Positions 39,001-53,700 of a stretch of DNA of 64,000 nucleotides are shown here, piece after piece. Origin of the DNA: the human T2T-CHM13v2.0 reference genome, Homo sapiens; NCBI RefSeq assembly GCF_009914755.1, contig NC_060933.1. The stretch is one strand, 5' to 3'. Each line of letters opens with the position of its first letter. The first letter of the stretch is position 1. The position numbers and the translations under genes were made by a program. The notes under the pieces were generated by a model. It was not told the origin of the DNA. It saw only the letters and a list, made by a program, of their open reading frames with translations, and ran no database searches.

Positions 39001-40546
39001 CTAGACAGAAGCATTCTCAGAAACTTATTTGCGATGTGTGTCCTCAACTAACAGAGTTGAACCTTTCTTTTGATACAATATTTTGGAAACACTCTTTTTG
39101 TAGAATCTGCAAGTGGATATTTGGATAGCTTTGAAGGTTTCGTTGGAAACGGGAATATCTTCATATAAAATCAAGACAGAAGCATTCTCAGAAACTTCTC
39201 TGTGATGTTTGCATTCAACTCATAGAGTTGAACACTTCCCTTCATACAGCAGGTTTGAAACACTCTTTTTGTAATATTTGGAAGTGGACATTTGCAGCGC
39301 TTTGAGGCCTATGTTGAAAAAGGAAATATCTTCTCCTAAAAACCAGACAGAAGCATTCTCAGAAACTTGTTTGTGATGTGTGTATTCAACTAACAGAGAT
39401 GAACCTTTCTTTTTACAGAGCTGTTTTGAAACACTCTTTTTGTGGAATCTGAAAGTGGATATTTGGATAGCTTTGCGGATTTCGTTGGAAACGGGATTAC
39501 ATATAAAATCTAGGGAGAAGCATTCTCAGGAACTTCTTTGTGATGTTTGCATTCAAGTCACAGAACTGAACATTCCCTTTCATAGAGCAGGTTTGAAACA
39601 CTCTTTCTGTAGTATCTGCAAGGGGACGTTTTAAGCGCTTTCAGGCCTGTGGTGAGAAAGGAAATATCTTCAAATAAAAACTAGACAGAAGCATTCTCAG
39701 AAACTTATTTGCGATGTGTGTCCTCAACTAACAGAGTTGAACCTTTCTTTTGATACAACATTTTGGAAACACTCTTTTTGTAGAATCTGCAAGTGGATAT
39801 TTGGATAGCTTTGAAGGTTTCGTTGGAAACGGGAATATCTTCATATGAAATCAAGACAGAAGCATTCTCAGAAACTTCTCTGTGATGTTTGCATTCAACT
39901 CATAGAGTTGAACACTTCCCTTCATACAGCAGGTTTGAAACACTCTTTTTCTAATATTTGGAAGTGGACATTTGCAGCGCTTTGAGGCCTATGTTGAAAA
40001 AGGAAATATCTTCTCCTAAAAACCAGACAGAAGCATTCTCAGAAACTTCCTTGTGATGTGTGTACTCAAGTAACAGAGTTGAACCTTCCTTTTGACAGAG
40101 CAGTTTTGAAGCACTCTTTTTGTAGAATCTGCAAGTGGATATTTTGATACCTTTGAGGATTTCGTTGGACACGGGATATCTTCATATAAAATCTAGACAG
40201 AAGCATTCTCAGAAACTTCTTTGTGCTGTATGTCCTCAATTAACAGAGTTGAACCATTGTGTGGATACAGCATTTTGCAAACATTCCTTTAGTAGAATCT
40301 GCAAGTTGATATTTAGATAGCTAGGAAGATTTCCTTTGGAAACGGGAATATCTTCATATAAAATCTAGACGGAAGCATTCTCAGAAAGTGCTTTGTGATG
40401 TTTGCATTCAAGTCACAGAGTTGAATATTCCCTTTTATAGAGCAGGTTTGAAACACTCTTTCTGCACTACCTGGAAGTGGACATTTGGAGCGCTTTGAGG
40501 CCTATGTTGAAAAAGGAAATATCTTCCCATAAAAACTAGACAGAAG
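15025..40546 (+). repeat. Ten consecutive 15-mer HORs (2552-2553 bp; three tetramers + trimer; ABC or AAB composition)
   Basis: Trimer marker ORF at 17166, 19718, 22270, 24822, 27374, 29927, 32479, 35031, 37583, 40135. Unit starts 15025, 17577, 20129, 22681, 25233, 27786, 30338, 32890, 35442, 37994. Confidence 0.92.
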
Positions 40547-42418
40547 CATTCTCAGAAACTTGTTTGTGATGTGTGTATTCAACTAACAGAGATGAACCTT
40601 TCTTTTTACAGAGCAGTTTTGAAACACTCTTTTTGTGGAATCTGAAAGTGGATATTTGGATAGCTTTGAGGATTTCGTTGGAAACGGGATTACATATAAA
40701 ACCTAGAGAGAAGCATTCTCAGGAACTGCTTTGTGATGTTTGCATTCAAGTCACAGAACTGAACATTCCCTTTCATAGAGCAGGTTTGAAACACTCTTTC
40801 TGTAGTATCTGCAAGCTGACGTTTCAAGCGCTTTCAGGCCTATGGTGAGAAAGGAAATATCTTCAAGTAAAAACTAGACAGAAGCATTCTCAGAAACTTA
40901 TTTGCGATGTGTGTTCTCAACTAACAGAGTTGAACCTTTGTTTTGATATGGCATTTTGGAAACACTCTTTTTGTAGAATCTGCAGGTGGATATTCGGATA
41001 GCTTTGAAGGTTTCGTTGGAAACGGGAATATCTTCATATAAAATCTAGACGGAAGCATTCTCAGAAACTGCTTTGTGATGTTTTCATTCAAGTCACAGAG
41101 TAGAATGTTCCCTGTTATATACCAGGTTTGAGACACTCTTTCTGCACTACCTGGAAGTGGACATTTGCAGCGCTTTGAGGCCTATGATGAAAAAGGAAAT
41201 ATCTTCCCATAAAAACTAGACAGAAGCATTCTCAGAAACTTGTTTGTGATGTGTGTATTCAACTAACAGAGATGAACCTTTCTTTTTACAGAGCAGTTTT
41301 GAAACACTCTTTTTGTGGAATCTGAAAGTGGATATTTGGATAGCTTTGAGGATTTCGTTGGAAACGGGATTACATATAAAATCTAGAGAGAAGCATTCTC
41401 AGGAACTTCTTTGTGATGTTTGCATTCAAGTCACAGAACTGAACATTCCCTTTCATAGAGCATGTTTGAAACACTCTTTCTGTAGTATCTGCAAACGGAC
41501 ATTTCAAACGCTTTCAGGCCTATGGTGAGAAAGGAAATATCTTCAAATAAAAACTAGACAGAAGCATTCTCAGAAACTTATTTGCGATGTGTGTCCTCAA
41601 CTAACAGAGTTGAACCTTTCTTTTGATACAACATTTTGGAAACACTCTTTTTGTAGAATCTGCAAGTGGATATTTGAATAGCTTTGAAGGTTTCGTTGGA
41701 AACGGGAATATCTTCATATAAAATCAAGACAGAAGCATTCTCAGAAACTTCTCTGTGATGTTTGCATTCAACTCATAGAGTTGAACACTTCCCTTCATAC
41801 AGCAGGTTTGAAACACTCTTTTTCTAATATTTGGAAGTGGACATTTGCAGCGCTTTGAGGCCTATGTTGAAAAAGGAAATATCTTCTCCTAAAAACCAGA
41901 CAGAAGCATTCTCAGAAACTTCCTTGTGATGTGTGTACTCAAGTAACAGAGTTGAACCTTCCTTTTGACAGAGCAGTTTTGAAGCACTCTTTTTGTAGAA
42001 TCTGCAAGTGGATATTTTGATACCTTTGAGGATTTCGTTGGACACGGGATATCTTCATATAAAATCTAGACAGAAGCATTCTCAGAAACTTCTTTGTGCT
42101 GTATGTCCTCAATTAACAGAGTTGAACCTTTGTGTGGATACAGCATTTTGGAAACATTCCTTTAGTAGAATCTGCAAGTTGATATTTAGATAGCTAGGAA
42201 GATTTCCTTGGAAACGGGAATATCTTCATATAAAATCTAGACGGAAGCATTCTCAGAAAGTGCTTTGTGATGTTTGCATTCAAGTCACAGAGTTGAATAT
42301 TCCCTTTTATAGAGCAGGTTTGAAACACTCTTTCTGCACTACCTGGAAGTGGACATTTGGAGCGCTTTGAGGCCTATGTTGAAAAAGGAAATATCTTCCC
42401 ATAAAAACTAGACAGAAG
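40547..42418 (+). repeat. 11-mer HOR variant (1872 bp): A', B + trimer
   Basis: ORF starts 40573, 41253, then 42445. Confidence 0.9.
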
Positions 42419-45400
42419 CATTCTCAGAAACTTGTTTGTGATGTGTGTATTCAACTAACAGAGATGAACCTTTCTTTTTACAGAGCAGTTTTGAAACACT
42501 CTTTTTGTGGAATCTGAAAGTGGATATTTGGATAGCTTTGAGGATTTCGTTGGAAACGGGATTACATATAAAACCTAGAGAGAAGCATTCTCAGGAACTT
42601 CTTTGTGATGTTTGCATTCAAGTCACAGAACTGAACATTCCCTTTCATAGAGCAGGTTTGAAACACTCTTTCTGTAGTATCTGCAAGCTGACGTTTCAAG
42701 CGCTTTCAGGCCTATGGTGAGAAAGGAAATATCTTGAAGTAAAAACTAGACAGAAGCATTCTCAGAAACTTATTTGCCATGTGTGTTCTCAACTAACAGA
42801 GTTGAACCTTTGTGTGGATACGGCATTTTGGAAACACTCTTTTTGTAGAATCTGCAGGTGGATATTCGGATAGCTTTGAAGGTTTCGTTGGAAACGGGAA
42901 TATCTTCATATAAAATCTAGACGGAAGCATTCTCAGAAACTGCTTTGTGATGTTTTCATTCAAGTCACAGAGTAGAATGTTCCCTGTTATATACCAGGTT
43001 TGAGACACTCTTTCTGCACTACCTGGAAGTGGACGTTTGGAGCGCTTTGAGGCCTATGTTGAAAAAGGAAATATCTTCCCATAAAAACTAGACAGAAGCA
43101 TTCTCAGAAACTTGTTTGTGATGTGTGTATTCAACTAACAGAGATGAACCTTTCTTTTTACAGAGCAGTTTTGAAACACTCTTTTTGTGGAATCTGAAAG
43201 TGGATATTTGGATAGCTTTGAGGATTTCGTTGGAAACGGGATTACATATAAAACATAGAGAGAAGCATTCTCAGGAACTGCTTTGTGATGTTTGCATTCA
43301 AGTCACAGAACTGAACATTCCCTTTCATAGAGCAGGTTTGAAACACTCTTTCTGTAGTATCTGCAAGCTGACGTTTCAAGCGCTTTCAGGCCTATGGTGA
43401 GAAAGGAAATATCTTCAAGTAAAAACTAGACAGAAGCATTCTCAGAAACTTATTTGCGATGTGTGTTCTCAACTAACAGAGTTGAACCTTTGTTTTGATA
43501 TGGCATTTTGGAAACACTCTTTTTGTAGAATCTGCAGGTGGATATTCGGATAGCTTTGAAGGTTTCGTTGGAAACGGGAATATCTTCATATAAAATCTAG
43601 ACGGAAGCATTCTCAGAAACTGCTTTGTGATGTTTTCATTCAAGTCACAGAGTAGAATGTTCCCTGTTATATACCAGGTTTGAGACACTCTTTCTGCACT
43701 ACCTGGAAGTGGACATTTGCAGCGCTTTGAGGCCTATGATGAAGAAGGAAATATCTTCCCATAAAAACTAGACAGAAGCATTCTCAGAAACTTGTTTGTG
43801 ATGTGTGTATTTAACTAACAGAGATGAACCTTTCTTTCTACAGAGCAGTTTTGAAACACTCTTTTTGTGGAATCTGAAAGTGGATATTTGGATAGCTTTG
43901 AGGATTTCGTTGGAAACGGGATTACATATAAAATCTAGAGAGAAGCATTCTCAGGAACTTCTTTGTGATGTTTGCATTCACGTCACAGAACTGAACATTC
44001 CCTTTCATAGAGCATGTTTGAAACACTCTTTCTGTAGTATCTGCAAACGGACATTTCAAACGCTTTCAGGCCTATGGTGAGAAAGGAAATATCTTCAAAT
44101 AAAAACTAGACAGAAGCATTCTCAGAAACTTATTTGCGATGTGTGTCCTCAACTAACAGAGTTGAACCTTTCTTTTGATATAACATTTTGGAAACACTCT
44201 TTTTGTAGAATCTGCAAGTGGATATTTGAATAGCTTTGAAGGTTTCGTTGGAAACGGGAATATCTTCTTATAAAATCAAGACAGAAGCATTCTCAGAAAC
44301 TTCTCTGTGATGTTTGCATTCAACTCATAGAGTTGAACACTTCCCTTCATACAGCAGGTTTGAAACACTCTTTTTGTAATATTTGGAAGTGGACATTTGC
44401 AGCGCTTTGAGGCCTATGATGAAAAAGGTAATATCTTCCCATAAAAACTAGACAGAAGCATTCTCAGAAACTTGTTTGTGATGTGTGTATTCAACTAACA
44501 GAGATGAACCTTTCTTTTTACAGAGCAGTTTTGAAACACTCTTTTTGTGGAATCTGAAAGTGGATATTTGGATAGCTTTGAGGATTTCGTTGGAAACGGG
44601 ATTACATATAAAATCTAGAGAGAAGCATTCTTAGGAACTTCTTTGTGATGTTTGCATTCAAGTCACAGAACTGAACATTCCCTTTCATAGAGCATGTTTG
44701 AAACACTCTTTCTGTAGTATCTGCAAACGGACATTTCAAACGCTTTCAGGCCTATGGTGAGAAAGGAAATATCTTCAAATAAAAACTAGACAGAAGCATT
44801 CTCAGAAACTTATTTGCGATGTGTGTCCTCAACTAACAGAGTTGAACCTTTCTTTTGATACAACATTTTGGAAACACTCTTTTTGTAGAATCTGCAAGTG
44901 GATATTTGAATAGCTTTGAAGGTTTCGTTGGAAACGGGAATATCTTCATATAAAATCAAGACAGAAGCATTCTCAGAAACTTCTCTGTGATGTTTGCATT
45001 CAACTCATAGAGTTGAACACTTCCCTTCATACAGCAGGTTTGAAACACTCTTTTTGTAATATTTGGAAGTGGACATTTGCAGCGCTTTGAGGCCTATGTT
45101 GAAAAAGGAAATATCTTCTCCTAAAAACCAGACAGAAGCATTCTCAGAAACTTCCTTGTGATGTGTGTACTCAAGTAACAGAGTTGAACCTTCCTTTTTA
45201 CAGAGCAGTTTTGAAACACTCTTTTTGTGGAATCTGAAAGTGGATATTTGGATAGCTTTGCGGATTTCGTTGGAAACGGGATTACATATAAAATCTAGGG
45301 AGAAGCATTCTCAGGAACTTCTTTGTGATGTTTGCATTCAAGTCACAGAACTGAACATTCCCTTTCATAGAGCAGGTTTGAAACACTCTTTCTGTAGTAT

Positions 45401-46331
45401 CTGCAAGCGGACGTTTTAAGCGCTTTCAGGCCTGTGGTGAGAAAGGAAATATCTTCAAATAAAAACTAGACAGAAGCATTCTCAGAAACTTATTTGCGAT
45501 GTGTGTCCTCAACTAACAGAGTTGAACCTTTCTTTTGATACAACATTTTGGAAACACTCTTTTTGTAGAATCTGCAAGTGGATATTTGGATAGCTTTGAA
45601 GGTTTCGTTGGAAACGGGAATATCTTCATATGAAATCAAGACAGAAGCATTCTCAGAAACTTCTCTGTGATGTTTGCATTCAACTCATAGAGTTGAACAC
45701 TTCCCTTCATACAGCAGGTTTGAAACACTCTTTTTCTAATATTTGGAAGTGGACATTTGCAGCGCTTTGAGGCCTATGTTGAAAAAGGAAATATCTTCTC
45801 CTAAAAACCAGACAGAAGCATTCTCAGAAACTTCCTTGTGATGTGTGTACTCAAGTAACAGAGTTGAACCTTCCTTTTGACAGAGCAGTTTTGAAGCACT
45901 CTTTTTGTAGAATCTGCAAGTGGATATTTTGATACCTTTGAGGATTTCGTTGGACACGGGATATCTTCATATAAAATCTAGACAGAAGCATTCTCAGAAA
46001 CTTCTTTGTGCTGTATGTCCTCAATTAACAGAGTTGAACCATTGTGTGGATACAGCATTTTGGAAACATTCCTTTAGTAGAATCTGCAAGTTGATATTTA
46101 GATAGCTAGGAAGATTTCCTTTGGAAACGGGAATATCTTCATATAAAATCTAGACGGAAGCATTCTCAGAAAGTGCTTTGTGATGTTTGCATTCAAGTCA
46201 CAGAGTTGAATATTCCCTTTTATAGAGCAGGTTTGAAACACTCTTTCTGCACTACCTGGAAGTGGACATTTGGAGCGCTTTGAGGCCTATGTTGAAAAAG
46301 GAAATATCTTCCCATAAAAACTAGACAGAAG
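42419..46331 (+). repeat. 23-mer HOR variant (3913 bp): A, A', B, B, C(hybrid m1) + trimer
   Basis: Trimer marker 42008 to 45920 = 3912; 1-bp T insertion near 46120. Confidence 0.9.
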
Positions 46332-48203
46332 CATTCTCAGAAACTTGTTTGTGATGTGTGTATTCAACTAACAGAGATGAACCTTTCTTTTTACAGAGCA
46401 GTTTTGAAACACTCTTTTTGTGGAATCTGAAAGTGGATATTTGGATAGCTTTGAGGATTTCGTTGGAAACGGGATTACATATAAAATCTAGAGAGAAGCA
46501 TTCTCAGGAACTCCTTTGTGATGTTTGCCTTCAAGTCACAGGACTGAACATTCCCTTTCATAGAGCAGGTTTGAAACACTCTTTCTGTAGTATCTGCAAG
46601 CTGACGTTTCAAGCGCTTTCAGGCCTATGGTGAGAAAGGAAATATCTTCAAGTAAAAACTAGACAGAAGCATTCTCAGAAACTTATTTGCGATGTGTGTT
46701 CTCAACTAACAGAGTTGAACCTTTGTTTTGATATGGCATTTTGGAAACACTCTTTTTGTAGAATCTGCAGGTGGATATTCGGATAGCTTTGAAGGTTTCG
46801 TTGGAAACGGGAATATCTTCATATAAAATCTAGACGGAAGCATTCTCAGAAACTGCTTTGTGATGTTTTCATTCAAGTCACAGAGTAGAATGTTCCCTGT
46901 TATATACCAGGTTTGAGACACTCTTTCTGCACTACCTGGAAGTGGACATTTGCAGCGCTTTGAGGCCTATGATGAAAAAGGAAATATCTTCCCATAAAAA
47001 CTAGACAGAAGCATTGTCAGAAACTTGTTTGTGATGTGTGTATTCAACTAACAGAGATGAACCTTTCTTTTTACAGAGCAGTTTTGAAACACTCTTTTTG
47101 TGGAATCTGAAAGTGGATATTTGGATAGCTTTGAGGATTTCGTTGGAAACGGGATTACATATAAAATCTAGAGAGAAGCATTCTCAGGAACTTCTTTGTG
47201 ATGTTTGCATTCACGTCACAGAACTGAACATTCCCTTTCATAGAGCATGTTTGAAACACTCTTTCTGTAGTATCTGCAAACGGACATTTCAAACGCTTTC
47301 AGGCCTATGGTGAGAAAGGAAATATCTTCAAATAAAAACTAGACAGAAGCATTCTCAGAAACTTATTTGCGATGTGTGTCCTCAACTAACAGAGTTGAAC
47401 CTTTCTTTTGATACAACATTTTGGAAACACTCTTTTTGTAGAATCTGCAAGTGGATATTTGAATAGCTTTGAAGGTTTCGTTGGAAACGGGAATATCTTC
47501 ATATAAAATCAAGACAGAAGCATTCTCAGAAACTTCTCTGTGATGTTTGCATTCAACTCATAGAGTTGAACACTTCCCTTCATACAGCAGGTTTGAAACA
47601 CTCTTTTTCTAATATTTGGAAGTGGACATTTGCAGCGCTTTGAGGCCTATGTTGAAAAAGGAAATATCTTCTCCTAAAAACCAGACAGAAGCATTCTCAG
47701 AAACTTCCTTGTGATGTGTGTACTCAAGTAACAGAGTTGAACCTTCCTTTTGACAGAGCAGTTTTGAAGCACTCTTTTTGTAGAATCTGCAAGTGGATAT
47801 TTTGATACCTTTGAGGATTTCGTTGGACACGGGATATCTTCATATAAAATCTAGACAGAAGCATTCTCAGAAACTTCTTTGTGCTGTATGTCCTCAATTA
47901 ACAGAGTTGAACCTTTGTGTGGATACAGCATTTTGGAAACATTCCTTTAGTAGAATCTGCAAGTTGATATTTAGATAGCTAGGAAGATTTCCTTGGAAAC
48001 GGGAATATCTTCATATAAAATCTAGACGGAAGCATTCTCAGAAAGTGCTTTGTGATGTTTGCATTCAAGTCACAGAGTTGAATATTCCCTTTTATAGAGC
48101 AGGTTTGAAACACTCTTTCTGCACTACCTGGAAGTGGACATTTGGAGCGCTTTGAGGCCTATGTTGAAAAAGGAAATATCTTCCCATAAAAACTAGACAG
48201 AAG
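46332..48203 (+). repeat. 11-mer HOR variant (1872 bp): A, B + trimer
   Basis: ORF starts 46358, 47038, then 48230. Confidence 0.9.
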
Positions 48204-50755
48204 CATTCTCAGAAACTTGTTTGTGATGTGTGTATTCAACTAACAGAGATGAACCTTTCTTTTTACAGAGCAGTTTTGAAACACTCTTTTTGTGGAATCT
48301 GAAAGTGGATATTTGGATAGCTTTGAGGATTTCGTTGGAAACGGGATTACATATAAAACCTAGAGAGAAGCATTCTCAGGAACTTCTTTGTGATGTTTGC
48401 ATTCAAGTCACAGAACTGAACATTCCCTTTCATAGAGCAGGTTTGAAACACTCTTTCTGTAGTATCTGCAAGCTGACGTTTCAAGCGCTTTCAGGCCTAT
48501 GGTGAGAAAGGAAATATCTTGAAGTAAAAACTAGACAGAAGCATTCTCAGAAACTTATTTGCCATGTGTGTTCTCAACTAACAGAGTTGAACCTTTGTGT
48601 GGATACGGCATTTTGGAAACACTCTTTTTGTAGAATCTGCAGGTGGATATTCGGATAGCTTTGAAGGTTTCGTTGGAAACGGGAATATCTTCATATAAAA
48701 TCTAGACGGAAGCATTCTCAGAAACTGCTTTGTGATGTTTTCATTCAAGTCACAGAGTAGAATGTTCCCTGTTATATACCAGGTTTGAGACACTCTTTCT
48801 GCACTACCTGGAAGTGGACGTTTGGAGCGCTTTGAGGCCTATGTTGAAAAAGGAAATATCTTCCCATAAAAACTAGACAGAAGCATTCTCAGAAACTTGT
48901 TTGTGATGTGTGTATTCAACTAACAGAGATGAACCTTTCTTTTTACAGAGCAGTTTTGAAACACTCTTTTTGTGGAATCTGAAAGTGGATATTTGGATAG
49001 CTTTGAGGATTTCGTTGGAAACGGGATTACATATAAAACATAGAGAGAAGCATTCTCAGGAACTGCTTTGTGATGTTTGCATTCAAGTCACAGAACTGAA
49101 CATTCCCTTTCATAGAGCAGGTTTGAAACACTCTTTCTGTAGTATCTGCAAGCTGACGTTTCAAGCGCTTTCAGGCCTATGGTGAGAAAGGAAATATCTT
49201 CAAGTAAAAACTAGACAGAAGCATTCTCAGAAACTTATTTGCGATGTGTGTTCTCAACTAACAGAGTTGAACCTTTGTTTTGATATGGCATTTTGGAAAC
49301 ACTCTTTTTGTAGAATCTGCAGGTGGATATTCGGATAGCTTTGAAGGTTTCGTTGGAAACGGGAATATCTTCATATAAAATCTAGACGGAAGCATTCTCA
49401 GAAACTGCTTTGTGATGTTTTCATTCAAGTCACAGAGTAGAATGTTCCCTGTTATATACCAGGTTTGAGACACTCTTTCTGCACTACCTGGAAGTGGACA
49501 TTTGCAGCGCTTTGAGGCCTATGATGAAAAAGGAAATATCTTCCCATAAAAACTAGACAGAAGCATTCTCAGAAACTTGTTTGTGATGTGTGTATTTAAC
49601 TAACAGAGATGAACCTTTCTTTCTACAGAGCAGTTTTGAAACACTCTTTTTGTGGAATCTGAAAGTGGATATTTGGATAGCTTTGAGGATTTCGTTGGAA
49701 ACGGGATTACATATAAAATCTAGAGAGAAGCATTCTCAGGAACTTCTTTGTGATGTTTGCATTCACGTCACAGAACTGAACATTCCCTTTCATAGAGCAT
49801 GTTTGAAACACTCTTTCTGTAGTATCTGCAAACGGACATTTCAAACGCTTTCAGGCCTATGGTGAGAAAGGAAATATCTTCAAATAAAAACTAGACAGAA
49901 GCATTCTCAGAAACTTATTTGCGATGTGTGTCCTCAACTAACAGAGTTGAACCTTTCTTTTGATATAACATTTTGGAAACACTCTTTTTGTAGAATCTGC
50001 AAGTGGATATTTGAATAGCTTTGAAGGTTTCGTTGGAAACGGGAATATCTTCATATAAAATCAAGACAGAAGCATTCTCAGAAACTTCTCTGTGATGTTT
50101 GCATTCAACTCATAGAGTTGAACACTTCCCTTCATACAGCAGGTTTGAAACACTCTTTTTCTAATATTTGGAAGTGGACATTTGCAGCGCTTTGAGGCCT
50201 ATGTTGAAAAAGGAAATATCTTCTCCTAAAAACCAGACAGAAGCATTCTCAGAAACTTCCTTGTGATGTGTGTACTCAAGTAACAGAGTTGAACCTTCCT
50301 TTTGACAGAGCAGTTTTGAAGCACTCTTTTTGTAGAATCTGCAAGTGGATATTTTGATACCTTTGAGGATTTCGTTGGACACGGGATATCTTCATATAAA
50401 ATCTAGACAGAAGCATTCTCAGAAACTTCTTTGTGCTGTATGTCCTCAATTAACAGAGTTGAACCTTTGTGTGGATACAGCATTTTGGAAACATTCCTTT
50501 AGTAGAATCTGCAAGTTGATATTTAGATAGCTAGGAAGATTTCCTTGGAAACGGGAATATCTTCATATAAAATCTAGACGGAAGCATTCTCAGAAAGTGC
50601 TTTGTGATGTTTGCATTCAAGTCACAGAGTTGAATATTCCCTTTTATAGAGCAGGTTTGAAACACTCTTTCTGCACTACCTGGAAGTGGACATTTGGAGC
50701 GCTTTGAGGCCTATGTTGAAAAAGGAAATATCTTCCCATAAAAACTAGACAGAAG
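48204..50755 (+). repeat. 15-mer HOR (2552 bp): A, A', B + trimer
   Basis: ORF starts 48230, 48910, 49590, then 50782. Confidence 0.9.
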
Positions 50756-53700
50756 CATTCTCAGAAACTTGTTTGTGATGTGTGTATTCAACTAACAGAG
50801 ATGAACCTTTCTTTTTACAGAGCAGTTTTGAAACACTCTTTTTGTGGAATCTGAAAGTGGATATTTGGATAGCTTTGAGGATTTCGTTGGAAACGGGATT
50901 ACATATAAAACCTAGAGAGAAGCATTCTCAGGAACTTCTTTGTGATGTTTGCATTCAAGTCACAGAACTGAACATTCCCTTTCATAGAGCAGGTTTGAAA
51001 CACTCTTTCTGTAGTATCTGCAAGCTGACGTTTCAAGCGCTTTCAGGCCTATGGTGAGAAAGGAAATATCTTGAAGTAAAAACTAGACAGAAGCATTCTC
51101 AGAAACTTATTTGCCATGTGTGTTCTCAACTAACAGAGTTGAACCTTTGTGTGGATACGGCATTTTGGAAACACTCTTTTTGTAGAATCTGCAGGTGGAT
51201 ATTCGGATAGCTTTGAAGGTTTCGTTGGAAACGGGAATATCTTCATATAAAATCTAGACGGAAGCATTCTCAGAAACTGCTTTGTGATGTTTTCATTCAA
51301 GTCACAGAGTAGAATGTTCCCTGTTATATACCAGGTTTGAGACACTCTTTCTGCACTACCTGGAAGTGGACGTTTGGAGCGCTTTGAGGCCTATGTTGAA
51401 AAAGGAAATATCTTCCCATAAAAACTAGACAGAAGCATTCTCAGAAACTTGTTTGTGATGTGTGTATTCAACTAACAGAGATGAACCTTTCTTTTTACAG
51501 AGCAGTTTTGAAACACTCTTTTTGTGGAATCTGAAAGTGGATATTTGGATAGCTTTGAGGATTTCGTTGGAAACGGGATTACATATAAAACATAGAGAGA
51601 AGCATTCTCAGGAACTGCTTTGTGATGTTTGCATTCAAGTCACAGAACTGAACATTCCCTTTCATAGAGCAGGTTTGAAACACTCTTTCTGTAGTATCTG
51701 CAAGCTGACGTTTCAAGCGCTTTCAGGCCTATGGTGAGAAAGGAAATATCTTCAAGTAAAAACTAGACAGAAGCATTCTCAGAAACTTATTTGCGATGTG
51801 TGTTCTCAACTAACAGAGTTGAACCTTTGTTTTGATATGGCATTTTGGAAACACTCTTTTTGTAGAATCTGCAGGTGGATATTCGGATAGCTTTGAAGGT
51901 TTCGTTGGAAACGGGAATATCTTCATATAAAATCTAGACGGAAGCATTCTCAGAAACTGCTTTGTGATGTTTTCATTCAAGTCACAGAGTAGAATGTTCC
52001 CTGTTATATACCAGGTTTGAGACACTCTTTCTGCACTACCTGGAAGTGGACATTTGCAGCGCTTTGAGGCCTATGATGAAAAAGGAAATATCTTCCCATA
52101 AAAACTAGACAGAAGCATTCTCAGAAACTTGTTTGTGATGTGTGTATTTAACTAACAGAGATGAACCTTTCTTTCTACAGAGCAGTTTTGAAACACTCTT
52201 TTTGTGGAATCTGAAAGTGGATATTTGGATAGCTTTGAGGATTTCGTTGGAAACGGGATTACATATAAAATCTAGAGAGAAGCATTCTCAGGAACTTCTT
52301 TGTGATGTTTGCATTCACGTCACAGAACTGAACATTCCCTTTCATAGAGCATGTTTGAAACACTCTTTCTGTAGTATCTGCAAACGGACATTTCAAACGC
52401 TTTCAGGCCTATGGTGAGAAAGGAAATATCTTCAAATAAAAACTAGACAGAAGCATTCTCAGAAACTTATTTGCGATGTGTGTCCTCAACTAACAGAGTT
52501 GAACCTTTCTTTTGATATAACATTTTGGAAACACTCTTTTTGTAGAATCTGCAAGTGGATATTTGAATAGCTTTGAAGGTTTCGTTGGAAACGGGAATAT
52601 CTTCTTATAAAATCAAGACAGAAGCATTCTCAGAAACTTCTCTGTGATGTTTGCATTCAACTCATAGAGTTGAACACTTCCCTTCATACAGCAGGTTTGA
52701 AACACTCTTTTTGTAATATTTGGAAGTGGACATTTGCAGCGCTTTGAGGCCTATGATGAAAAAGGTAATATCTTCCCATAAAAACTAGACAGAAGCATTC
52801 TCAGAAACTTGTTTGAGATGTGTGTATTCAACTAACAGAGATGAACCTTTCTTTTTACAGAGCAGTTTTGAAACACTCTTTTTGTGGAATCTGAAAGTGG
52901 ATATTTGGATAGCTTTGCGGATTTCGTTGGAAACGTGATTACATATAAAATCTAGGGAGAAGCATTCTCAGGAACTTCTTTGTGATGTTTGCATTCAAGT
53001 CACAGAACTGAACATTCCCTTTCATAGATCAGGTTTGAAACACTCTTTCTGTAGTATCTGCAAGCGGACGTTTTAAGCGCTTTCAGGCCTGTGGTGAGAA
53101 AGGAAATATCTTCAAATAAAAACTAGACAGAAGCATTCTCAGAAACTTATTTGCGATGTGTGTCCTCAACTAACAGAGTTGAACCTTTCTTTTGATACAA
53201 CATTTTGGAAACACTCTTTTTGTAGAATCTGCAAGTGGATATTTGGATAGCTTTGAAGGTTTCGTTGGAAACGGGAATATCTTCATATGAAATCAAGACA
53301 GAAGCATTCTCAGAAACTTCTCTGTGATGTTTGCATTCAACTCATAGAGTTGAACACTTCCCTTCATACAGCAGGTTTGAAACACTCTTTTTCTAATATT
53401 TGGAAGTGGACATTTGCAGCGCTTTGAGGCCTATGTTGAAAAAGGAAATATCTTCTCCTAAAAACCAGACAGAAGCATTCTCAGAAACTTCCTTGTGATG
53501 TGTGTACTCAAGTAACAGAGTTGAACCTTCCTTTTGACAGAGCAGTTTTGAAGCACTCTTTTTGTAGAATCTGCAAGTGGATATTTTGATACCTTTGAGG
53601 ATTTCGTTGGACACGGGATATCTTCATATAAAATCTAGACAGAAGCATTCTCAGAAACTTCTTTGTGCTGTATGTCCGCAATTAACAGAGTTGAACCTTT

